Positions 49,457 to 60,858 of a stretch of DNA of 64,000 nt are shown piece by piece; within the stretch, counting starts at the first letter, position 1, and every line of letters starts with the position of its first letter. The stretch is from NCBI GenBank assembly GCA_964106645.2, contig OZ067044.1; one strand, 5' to 3'. A program made the translations under genes and the position numbers. Under the pieces are notes generated by a model. The model was not told the DNA's origin. It worked only from the letters and a program-made list of their open reading frames with translations, and made no database searches. This stretch comes from Podarcis pityusensis (Eukaryota).

Positions 49457-49899
49457 TACCCAAGATGATTCAATCCCTATTCAGGCATTAATCATGACAA
49501 CTGAAAATGTGAGGGGGTGAGTGGACACAAGCCATTTGCTCCATGGACTCCAACCCCCTCACCATCCTAGTCACTATCCACAAGTTGGAGAGTCACTGAA
49601 TCTGGGAGACTTCCTCAACTCATGCAAGGATCCCTATGAAACGAAGGTTCTAAAATGTCTGGAGATTCTTACCAAGTCTAGGAGGCTTCCCCACTGCAGA
49701 CAGTCACCAGATATGGAGCTAGTGTTCTCGCGCCCACCCTCCCCATCCCTTATGGATACATGAATAGGGCCAAAGTCTACAAGCCGTGACCTTGCTATTT
49801 CGTTTTCAATTAAGTATTTGAAAGCCCTTCAAAATTAGGCATCATTCTGACATTGTAATATTGACATTTCACACATGTACTTTATTTCACTGTTTCCCA

Positions 49900-50270
49900 T
49901 GTGAAAATGAGAAGAAAGGCTAGAGGTGATCTTAAAAGGATGTGAGGGCTTATATGGGGAGCTATTCCTTAAGTATTCCTACAAAGGCCTATGAAGGACA
50001 TCAATAGACCATTGGCCAGCACTGGTGCAACTGGCTGATAATTAATGTATGTGCTTCCATCTATCTCCCTGCCCTCATCAAGAGATAGCACAGGATGCAG
50101 CAGGCTTTCAGAAGTTTCTGAACCATTTTCAACCATATTCTTATGTAGTCTTCATTGTAATAATTGGTCCTCCAGGTTACAAAAGGATGAATGACAGTTA
50201 CCAGAGTTCCATGTTCCAGGAAATGCAGCAGTCTGCAAATAAAATGGAGTTGACGGAAAGCATTATGGCA
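49900..50270 (-). mobile_element. Old L2 LINE fragment
   Basis: ORF 50061-50279 TLVTVIHPFVTWRTNYYNEDY..LKMVQKLL is a degraded L2 motif. Confidence 0.65.
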
Positions 50271-50828
50271 AACCTTCAAGAGGGAAAAAAGAGAGAGGAT
50301 TTTCTAACAATTCTTCTTTCAAAATATATTTCTCAGTAGAAAAGGTATATGTGATCACTAAATTAAATACATTAAAATGTGATCAGTATCCTGTAGCAGT
50401 TGTCAGCTTCATACTCTTCTACCAGTGTGCTTACAGACTTTATGCTAAGTAGGAGTAGATATAAAGCTGCTCTAATCTTACCACTAGTTCACTCCTATTA
50501 TCAGAGTGACAACTTTTGACTTTCATTTCAACTTATTTTCTTAGATTTGGGATAAATCTACCCCAGTTATGAGTAATCATTGGAGAAGATTAAAAACTCC
50601 CTAGCAGGATATGAGTAGTTGTTGAATGATTTGAGTCAATTTACTGTGATACGGTCTGGAATCCAAAGAGTCAGTTTAGGAATGTTCATTGATTATTTTT
50701 CCCTTTAGCAGCAGACTTTGATGCACATTTAACAGAAACCCCCTAAATACCCTTAATAAATTGGGATCTAATTTAACATTCTGAAAATATTCATATTTTA
50801 TATTTTAGTTTGCTCTCTGTTTACCAAG

Positions 50829-50831
<3 letters not shown>

Positions 50832-50890
<59 letters not shown>
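50832..50890. repeat. Compound (GT)n(GA)n microsatellite
   Basis: Direct inspection. Confidence 0.95.
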
Positions 50891-50893
<3 letters not shown>

Positions 50894-51146
50894 TAAGCTT
50901 CATAGAGTAGTCCTCTCAAAAAAGTAAATTACAGCTTTCAGACCCCTAATTTTTTCCACCCTACATCACTGACAGATGTTCCAGGACATATCACAAACTG
51001 CTTTGGAAGGCTCTTTCTGTTTCCAAAGTTGTTTACATTGTGGAAATGAGAGCTACTGTTTGAGAAGTACAGAACCAAGGCAATTCTGGGTGCAAATAAC
51101 TAATTGTGTAAATGTTTTGATCCTGCCCATTTTAAATACAAGCTGA

Positions 51147-51292
51147 GCTGGGATAGCTCAGTCAGTAGAGCATGAGACTCTTAATTTCATGGTTGTGGGT
51201 TCAAGTCCAATTTGGTGCCAAAGTTTCCTGTATTGCAGCGGGTTGGACTAGATGACCCTCGTGGCCCCTTCCAACTCTGGAGTTCTATGATT
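51147..51292 (+). mobile_element. tRNA-Lys(CTT)-derived SINE with CR1 3' tail
   Basis: TAGCTCAGTCAGTAGAGCATGAGACTCTTAAT..GTGGGTTCAAG matches tRNA-Lys-CTT with a decayed acceptor stem; followed by GGGTTGGACTAGATGACC..CCTTCCAACTCT..TTCTATGATT. Confidence 0.88.
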
Positions 51293-51839
51293 TTATAATG
51301 CATCCATCAGTGGCTAGGAAATAGTAGTTAGAGCAGCTTAGATTGCTGTAGGGAATATGAAAGCATTTTGAGTTTTTACTGTATTCTTCATAGAGACTAA
51401 TGAAAATAAACAACTGTATTTGTGAAAATGGTTTATTTACAGAGCTGAAAATTGAGTTTATTGTGATGATTACACACTTCCAATATGCTTGGAAATAAAG
51501 AAGCTTACTAGAAAGAGATACATCTCATATTCTTTTGAATGCAAATGATAGTTTATTTTTAAAATCAGAATTAAAACTGTTTATTGTTTAAAACTTGAGA
51601 GATGAAACTGTTGCAATTTTGCGTGTTTGTGACCTGGACTATGCGGATTATTCAAGGGTGAAGACTCATATTTTGGGACAGTCACCTTCTGGCTCTTTCC
51701 CACCCTGTGGATTTATCATCTAGCTTGCATTCACTTTTTAGAACCACCTTCCTGGTTTTAGATTGTGCAATGCTAAAGCAAAGCAGCATATTCCTCTATA
51801 TAAAATGTTTATGGTTAAACATTTTAGTAGGAATATATA

Positions 51840-52530
51840 GATGCACCAAAATGGGGGGGACACCTGACTTGACCTAGGGGTCTTAGTAGACCATAAGCTT
51901 AACGTGAGTCGATATTGTGACTGCAGCAGCAGAAAACATACACAAAAACACCTAATACAATTCTAGCCTTTATCAACAGATCTATGATGTCCAGATCAAA
52001 GGAAATAATAGCTCCCTTGGTCAGATTCCAAATGGCAGTATTGTGTGCAGTTCTGGGCACCACACTTTAAGAAGGATATTGACACGATGGAACATGTGTA
52101 GAGGAGGTTGCCCAAGATGATCAAGGGTCTGGAAGCCAAGTCTTATGAGGAACAGTGGGGGGGGGGGGTAGGTATATTTATACAGAAGACTAAGATAGCC
52201 ATCTTCAAATATTTGAATGGCTATCACATGGAAGATGGATCAAGCTTGTTTTCTGCTGCTCCAGAGGGTAGGGCCTGAATCAGTGGATTCAAATTACAAG
52301 AAAGCAGATTCTGACTAAATATTAGGAAGAACTTTCTGATTGTAAGTGCTGTTCGGCCATGGAATATACTACCTCAGAAGGTGTGGTGGATTCTCCTTTT
52401 TTGGAGGTTGCTAAGCAGAGGTTGCACGGTCATCTCTTAGGGATTCTTTAGCTGTGATTCCTACACTGCAGGGAGTTGGGCTAGAAGATGATCTTTGGGC
52501 TCCCTTCCAACACTACAATTCTGTGATTCT
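51840..52530 (+). mobile_element. CR1 LINE ORF2 C-terminus and 3' tail
   Basis: GACCTAGGGGTCTTAGTAGACCATAAGCTT (DLGVLVDHKL), TATTGTGTGCAGTTCTGGGCACC (YCVQFWAP), NIRKNFL, tail CCTTCCAAC..ATTCTGTGATTCT. Confidence 0.92.
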
Positions 52531-53967
52531 AAGGGAATAAAATTATCAAAACTTGGTTTCCTTTCTATGCTAAGTTTACTCTTTCTCAAAAATAAAATGA
52601 ATTCAAACATGGAAAAATGTAAACATCTAAAGCTGTAGAACAAAAAAGAGGAAAAACATGCATTTTCTTAGAGACATCAGAGTATCAGAGAGGTTAAAGA
52701 GATGCTGATTTTTCTACTGAGTGCTATATTTAGAAATCGCTTGTGTGGAAGAAATGTTCTGCTTGCACGCCCAGAGAATGAAAATCAAGTCAACTCCTTG
52801 GGCAATTTTATCACAGAAAACTTGGTGGTTTTGTTTTTTTTCAACAGCAACATTTTATTAAAATCTTTCATTTTGATAGAAATTTTATAGCTATGACTGT
52901 TGCTATATTTTGGAAATCTTCTCACTCGTGGGAACCTGTTAAATAGACTACAATACTTTCCTATTAAAAGACAGAATATAGTTTGAGGGGAATAAAAGGT
53001 AAGCATTTTTCATTCCAAATGAGGATTGAAAATAAACATTTAAAGACTTGGTTAAATTGAGCCTAGAATTTCCTCTGGATAATTTCTATGAGTTTTATCC
53101 TGTGCTTCACAAGCAGAGTTCCATTCTCTCTTTCTCTCTTCTCCTTATGTGACCCCAAAATCTACTCAGAGGGTGCATGTGGGGCTCAAGGGAAGAAGAA
53201 GGGGGAAGTTCCATCATGCAAGTAGACGTCTGGTGCTCAAGCCTAACAGCACTGTTGGGACGCAATGTGCTTATTAATTATGTTGATGTTTGTGCTTTGC
53301 TATGGATAGAAAACCTGCTAGAAGAAATCACTGATCAGTGTAATTGTTCTGTATTCATTTTAATACCTTATTGCCATTGTGTTTGTAGCTGCTCTGAAGA
53401 AATCACATTAAGCCGGAGCATCAAATGAGAAGCAAGCATGCTGCACTGATTTACTGTCACACTTTGTTTGGCGAATAAATGTGTCCTTTCTGATTCCATG
53501 CTTGGGGTGCAATGTGGACTTAGATGCAGCCCAGTCCTTTAATCTTAAATGTAGCGGGAATTTTTCATCCGTAACTTGCCTAATTAAATACTTTTATTTA
53601 TAACTTGCTACCTAAGAAATTCAGAAAGTAGCTTCCAATCGCAACAAAATATTGTTATAACGTATAAAATTCAAAGTCAGTGAAACAGCAGAAAACATGA
53701 TGTAAATCAATAATGAATAAAATGTAGTTGTTTGGTAAAGCCCCAGACCAAAACAAAACAAAACCTGCCCCCTAAAGCTCAGCAGATTAGGTGCCACAGA
53801 GAGGCTGTTCTGCAGCTAGATCACTTCCACAGAAAAGGTCCTAACTCCAACTGCCTCCAAGTAACTTTTGAAGGCAGGGGGCAACCAGAGAAGGGTCTGC
53901 AGAGATTATTTTAACAAATCTGCAGTTCAAATGGAACCATCACCTGTCTTAGTGAGAAACCTTTGCG

Positions 53968-54742
53968 TGTCGAGGTCCCCAAGCCACCCCCCAATAACTC
54001 ACACATCACACATCAATTTTGGTTAGGGTTTTTGGCACGATTTTGGCCACAACTTTATTTAAATACATCCAAGTGAGTGGTTGCTTAGGCATTGGTTCCG
54101 ACTATCTGTCCTTGCCCTGGGGACAGAACTGGACTTCCGGATTCCAGCGAAAGCCAGTGCGGGAAACAAATTTTGGGGAGAAAATGAAGCTGGGCCTCAG
54201 TCCTTCACTTCTCACCCTCATGCTCCTGGTGGCTTGCACGGCCCAAGTCTGATGCCAGGGACAAGGACGAAAAGAATGGCAAGCCCCTGGATGCCTTTAA
54301 TGGAATTCCCTTTCCGCACCACCATTGGAGGGGTAGGCACTTACCCCTCCACCAACCAATTTGAACCAATGCCTAACCGCCAACCTTACAAGTTGTGACG
54401 ATTTGCTACGCAGTAGGCAAAACCAAATGGCACCAGCCAAACAGCCAAATGGACAAATTCCTACCAGGCCCCTGACTCAAAGCAGACGACCCCATGGCAG
54501 GCATAGCAAGGTCAAGCGAACAACCCCCCCCCCCCAATACAGGGAGGGTGGGCGGGTGATCTGGTGCAAGCAGCCAAGAGAACACTCAAAGTTGGGCGAC
54601 CAGTATTTAAAACTTCTGACCCCTCCTTCAAAATTGGCAACAAGCAGTTCTCCCCAGCGACCCGATTAACCAATACACTGCCTGGGTCCCTCCACAAATC
54701 CGCCCAGCAACAATGGGGTGGCTTGTATCCCCCACTGCAACA
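53968..54742 (-). mobile_element. Solo LTR, 775 bp
   Basis: TGT..ACA termini; flanks TGCG/CGCA (consistent with a CpG-decayed CGCG 4-bp TSD); on minus strand GGGCGG (54700-05), CCAAT (54633-37), TTTAAATA (54604-11), AATAAA (54054-59) and a GT-rich downstream element in the correct order. Confidence 0.75.
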
Positions 54743-56519
54743 CGCACTCTCTGCTAGGGAGAACACGTTTTATCAACAGTGCTTTGCTTCTGAAGGAAGA
54801 GATCTCTTTTGCTGTGCGAGTAAGCATCCTGAAGCAGATGTGGCACCATGCAAAAGAAGAAGACCTCTTCCTCCTCCTCTCTTTTCTAACCACAGCGAAC
54901 TGCAGAGCTTGATCATCTGTGCCAAAGCAAACAGAACAAGAATCGGATGAACTTTACAAACGAGTAGAGCAAGGACAGCATTATTTTACCACACAGCATT
55001 TCCTCAGTCTTGGGATAGGACAGATAGGACTGACTGTGGCCAGAGCAGAATTCTACTCCCCATGTACTAAGCAACCTCCCCTGTGGTTTGTACGTCAGTC
55101 ATGAATTCCCCAATACTGTGGTGAGGAGAGCTGTATGCCTTTTCTCAGTTGGTGCCTGAGCCTGTCATGACCCTTGGTTTTGTGTCTCCTCTTCCAGTAT
55201 AAAATAACATATGAAAACAATAACAAGTAAATTTCATTATTTTGTTAAGAATCTTCAGTAATGCTTCTTCGTGTCCCAGAAACATCACATACACACAATA
55301 TGGATAATACATGTCAGATTCTTGCAAAAGCAATAAATTACTTCCCTGTTCCATTATACTATGATACACACCTTTGCTTGGCCTTTATTTTAAGAAGGTA
55401 CAATAGGATTGGGCTGTGAGTATCATATTGACTTGTTGTGTTCAACTATATAAACACTTCAGAAAAGTCTCCTCTTTCCCTGTAGTGCAGCTAATCATTA
55501 TTTTTCTTTATATCTGCCACATAGGTGTGTCTCAATTTGGACAATATTTGGAATGCTGTTGTTTTGTTTTCTTTAACAGAAACACAATGCCACAATTATC
55601 AGTTTGTGAACAAGGTCATTGCAATAGACAGCAACATTGACGTGTTCCCAGGGAATGTACTAACCGTGAACTTTTATCCACAGGGGGGAAAATGCAAAAT
55701 ATTGGTTAAAGGCAGGGATTTCCTTGAAGTATGTAACAAAAAGTGATGGATTATACTGCAATGAACAAGAGCACTTATTTTACTCAGTGTAATAGAAGTT
55801 CTTAGACATACGTTTGCAAATATTTATTTTACTCACTACTTTTTGGAAGATTTGGCAAATTGGCTAACTGATTACCACTGTTACAGAAAGCATGCAGAGT
55901 CTTGTAATCTAAATGTTAATTTGCTCATAGAGTTTCATTCTCTTCTGTGGAAAGAGAAAGAAAAGAGAAAATACTTTCCTGATTCCAGTTGTTATAATTA
56001 TGCCATGTTTTGTTTTTGTTTTCCTTAAATTGTTTTGGTTTGGTTTAAGTGGAGCTTTGTAGGTGGCCGAATAAGAACTTCGAAATTAGGCATTCTGTAT
56101 AGCTTTGCCACATGCAGAAGAGAACCTTACAAATAAATAAAATTGAGCAGTCTGATAAATACTATAAAATGATGACATTCTGTATTTCAAACTGTGAAAA
56201 CAGAAATGATAAATATTTAGGTATCCCAAAGATCCCTCTTTTCTCACTAACCACAGTGAAATTAGATGTTGTTTTTTAAATCGAGTCTCTAGCATAGCTT
56301 GAGCAGCAGTGGAGTAATTCAACAAGCATTAGACAAATACTCACATTTTAATGGCATCTGAGTATAATCAGAGATAGAAGAATACATTTTAACTGCAGCA
56401 TTATTTAAATCACTGAACACGTGGGGGAACTTTAGGATACAGAGAATGCCAAGACAGCCAGAATGGCAATTGTATAATTAAAGGTGGCATTTCCCTTTTG
56501 TTAACTATCTAAGGCTGGT

Positions 56520-56900
56520 TGTGAGTTTAATCAGATATTTCCTGGTGCATGCTTTGGCTACTACAAAGCACTTTGATGTCTTGGCAGTTCATGTCAGAGG
56601 ATCTAATATTTGCAAATATTAACTCCGTGCATTTTTCAGTCACACGGAGCAGGCGTATTGGGCCAGCTCCAAATTCTGCTGCGAACATGTGGTGCTCACA
56701 ATGTTTTGTGAATTGGGGTAACATCATGCATTATTTTTGAACCTTGATTTCCAGTGACTTGTGAGGGAACATGAATTCCAGCGGTGCCTGAGTTGCTAAA
56801 GATCCCTCCAGTCTGGTGTAATGAATGAAAAGGCGATACAGTTAATCAAGCCCTTTTGTAGAGTTTTGCATCAGGCTCTGCTGAATTATTGTTTTGTTGC
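56520..56900. promoter_or_regulatory. Candidate conserved enhancer
   Basis: TE-free; CTTTGAT (56571), TTGGCA, TGTCA, 18-bp palindrome TAATATTTGCAAATATTA (56604-21). Confidence 0.4.
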
Positions 56901-58440
56901 TTAAGCACAGGTATTAATGGGAGGAAGGTCAGTAGAAAATTCCAGTCACAATCCCCATGCTAAAGTAGTGATAGTTGGCCTCTGTGATCCAAAATTTATT
57001 TTCACAATCTTTACAGACATACTCCATTTTCAAATGATTTTGCTTTTTAATAATAATAAAAGAAGTGACCGAGTCAAGGTTCTCTGCATTTAGGTGCTCA
57101 TGTTAAGCCTCTCAGAAGCTATGAACGCCCAGGCAATTGAGTCAAATTGAATGCTGGTTTATTGCCTTAGTATTTCCTGGCAGTTAGAAGTATGCACAAT
57201 AATTGTTTGTATAGCACTCCCCCTCACACAATCAAGTTAATACATTTGAAGGTACAATATACTCATTCACTGAGTAGATTGGCGAAGGAGTTACCCATTA
57301 TGGAATGTAGCCTTAGCTCCGTAGTTCTAACTGCAGAAGCCATCCCACTCAGACTTCAAGCATAGTTGTTTAATTTTTTAAAAATTACTTTTATTTAAAT
57401 TTTCCTGTGGTTTTAAAGAGGTAACAGTTCGCTGGCTTATGGTGAAAGCCTTCAAGGTTTCCAGAGGGGGTAAAAGTTGCAGTAAAACCAACCATAAGTC
57501 TTTTATGGGCTTAAGCCCACTTTGTCGGATGCAAGGTGTAATTATGACCTTTCCCACGGAGTTGTCTTGGGTCTCTGAGCCACCTTTTATGTTTTCAAAA
57601 AAATAAGTTTCCTGTAAAAACCAACAATGGTTTGTTGCTCTTACTTTAGTTTCTACAAACACTTCTATAGCTATCAATGCAAACGTTCTGGGGAAATGTT
57701 TTATATGATTCCTCTTCTGATAATCTGCCTGATTAATGCTGATGGCATTTCATTTTGAGTCATTTTATTTCTCTGTCTAAACATGCGTATGTGAAATCCA
57801 ACTCTCCAGCTTTGCTTTCTGTTCATAGATCCGTGCCTATTATGTTTTTCCAAGATGTGATGGTGCCATGAATCCTCTTCAGCTAACTTGTAAAATGAAT
57901 GCTAAATTCTGCTTTAATCAGCTATTCATCTTAGCAGCATTTGTCACAGAACCATCCCCCTTCTCAACAAACTGAACATGAAAGAGAGTAGGCTGAAAGC
58001 CTTAGCAATTGCACTCGGCCCTTCCTTTCTTTTGTCACCAATACAGTAGATTCTGGTGTCTCCTAGACAACAGCATCTAAAAGGCTTTCTAATTTCAATC
58101 TCTCATGGCTTTTCCTTCAGATTGTTGATGTCTCCTTATACAGGCAACCAGTAATCAACATTTGTCCAGATTTTTTTTAATGTAGGCAATTTATAGGGCT
58201 TTGCTGACTTTTTTCATCTATCTGGCTTGTATTCAAGGATGATACAAGAAAAAGAAGGTTTTTATTCCTAGTTTAATTATTACCATCTCTTCTTCTTCTA
58301 GTCAGTTTTGTTTATAGTGCTGCTTATTGCTCCCTTTCAAATTTTCTTGGAAAATATTGGATATTTGAATTTTATAAAAACAACTCTAAACTGTTTTTAT
58401 TAAATGCATACTTCACTTTCAGAACCACACAGTTTTCTTT

Positions 58441-58650
58441 CAGTGCAATCCTGTGTATGTTGCCTTAGAAGTAAGCCCTACTGAGTTCAATGGGACTTAC
58501 TCCAGAGTAAATCTGGATAGGATTGTGACTTTATTTATCTAGATGGGCAGCTCCTCCCTTGGAGTGTACTCATCAGGAAATGAGCCCCATTAAACTCAAA
58601 GGGGTCTCAGAGGGACCTGCTTTTGAGTCAAGATGTATAAGATTGTGCTG
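58441..58650. mobile_element. Two adjacent ~85-bp palindromic MITE-like repeats
   Basis: GCAATCCT..GTAAGCCCTACTGAGTTCAATGGGACTTAC..TAGGATTG, then a second diverged copy. Confidence 0.6.
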
Positions 58651-60071
58651 TAAAAGTACTTTAAAACAGAAAAGGCAACCTAATGAAATCTCTAATTGCT
58701 TTTTGTTTTGTTTTTTAGAAATACAGTGTTTGTAATTTTGGGGGGTGGGTTGTTAGCCACCTTGAGTTTTTAAAAGGGAGAGGAACTAAACATGAGAGGA
58801 ATAAATGAAGAGATCTGTAGGGGTGGGAAGCAGAGAAGAATGGAAGGTTTGCAAATGGGATGTAGAGAGACTTCCAGTTGTGCAAGGAGAGGAGAGTGTC
58901 AAAGCTAATCAGAGAAAAAAGAGAAGTTTATGGACCTCTACTGAGAAGAAAGGAGCTACACAGGGGGGGGGGGGGAGGCATTTGAGAGATGGGGATGCAA
59001 GCCAGTGACAGGACAGAAAAACATTCTTTCTAAAGGCACATAGTATTAAATACGGAAATAAGGTATGCTGTGGATGGGAAGGGAAAGAGGCTTTATGGAG
59101 AGTGGTGTTCAACTTCAGGAAACTTGTAAGTGGCAGAGACCGAGGAGAATGTGCATCATGGCAAGGGTGGACAGAAGGTAGATTGAGAGCTTCTGGTAGA
59201 ACTTTTTTTTTTTTTGCTCCTAATTGTTGTGACGATTGTGGCAACAAAAACTGACCCCACACAAACCTCTATTTTGCACCTGACTCCCGTTGATGGATCT
59301 TACTGTTCAAGATCCTACTGTTGAAGTAAAAACTATGTTGGTTCTGCCATCTCAAAGTCTGCTCACCTTTGCTCTATGGAATACTGAGAAAACAAGGTTA
59401 GCAGATCATGAGTTATAAATAAACCATTAAGTTAAAACCATTTCAGTTCTTAAAAGTTACTCTGGCCCTCTGAGTAACTTGAATCATACACGCCTGCAAT
59501 GAAAGCAGATAAAAGTCCTTAAAGCACTTAGGATCTGTCAAGTCTTCAAGGGGAAGGAATTCCATGATAGCAAGAGCGGTGCAAATGGATAAGAAAATGT
59601 TTCCTCATAAGATTGTGATAAGGAATGGGAAGAAGAGAGATCATCTTTCACATACGTAGGAACCAAACCTTGTAGGATTTGACCTAGTGGAATGTGCATT
59701 AAACTCAGTTAGACTCTTAGGATGTATAAGTGCTCATGTGTGGCTAGGTGCTTGTAAATTTGATGCTAGATCTTTTAAGATTTCTGAGATATTTCCTCCA
59801 TCCTATATTACTCAAAAAAATAAAAATATCCCCAACTGAAGAAGGGTCAAGTTACACTCTTTTAATTTAGAATAAAACCAAACATTTGTTTTTTGCTCTT
59901 CTAGACACTGCTTTAATGTTTGTCAGCTGTAGGTGAAGTTGATAGCATTCTATTGTCCTCCTTTGCCTGTTTTTTAATCTTCCTTCTGTGTTTTTTTCCT
60001 GCCTTGCATATAATGTTTTTAAAAATGCACAAAAAAGTTTACACACTGGCTCATCCAAATGATTTGGTTGT

Positions 60072-60243
60072 GGTTGGAGGCAGCATACCTCTACATACTA
60101 TTTGTTGGAAACTCTAGGTGTTCTTGTGTTCAAGTCTTGCTTGTAGGCTTCATGTAGGCCTCTGGCTGGCCACTGTGCGAACAGGATGCTGGCCCAAATG
60201 GGCCACAGGCCTGATCCAGCAAAGCGCTTCTTCTGTCCTTATG
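60072..60243 (+). mobile_element. CR1-type LINE 3' end
   Basis: GGCCACTGTGCGAACAGGATGCTGG..GGCCTGATCCAGCA..CTTCTT..CTTATG. Confidence 0.8.
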
Positions 60244-60622
60244 GAAATGTTGGTCTGGGGAAATAGTGGTCAAAATATACTGTGACTAACCTGCAAGTGG
60301 CTAATGTCAAAGCTGCTCTGTTTTGCAATTGTTGTTTTGACAATGAGGGAATAAGGGTGTGCTAATATAAACTTACATTGACATCTTAAGATCAGCTCAC
60401 TTCCTCTGATGTATCCTTGGCATGGGACATTGTAGGAACAAGAAATGCAGCAGATATAAAGTGTGGGAAAGAGCAGATGACCATAAAAGCAAATAAGTTG
60501 ACGTCAGTGCAGATAAAAACCCTCTCTAAATGTAATCAGCAGTACATTCCTACTTTCTTAAACACTGGAACTTCCCTTAACTATAAATATAACCATGGGG
60601 CGTGATTCTGACCAATCATATA

Positions 60623-60858
60623 CAGTGGTACCTTGCTTTAAGAACAGCTTAGTTTATGAACAACTTGGATTAAGAACGCTGCAAACCCGGAAGTAGGTGT
60701 TTTGGTTTGTAAACTTTGCCTTGGAAGCAGAACATATTCCACTTCCTGTTGAGTGTGTTCCATTTGTAAATTGAGTCCTCCACTGCTATGAGAAAGCACG
60801 CCTTGGTTTAAGAACGGACTTCAGGAACGGATTAAGTTCGTAAACCAAGGTACCACTG
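60623..60858. mobile_element. Tc1/mariner (Tigger-like) MITE
   Basis: TIR CAGTGGTACCTTG / CAAGGTACCACTG with TA TSDs. Confidence 0.9.

Noticed and set aside
51147-51220. tRNA-Lys(CTT) gene
   Set aside because: Acceptor, anticodon and T stems are disrupted and it is fused to a CR1 tail, so it is a SINE.
54248-54275. CUGAUG...GACGAAA within the solo LTR (retrozyme-like?)
   Set aside because: A9 is missing, there is no stem II, and it is antisense to the inferred LTR transcript.
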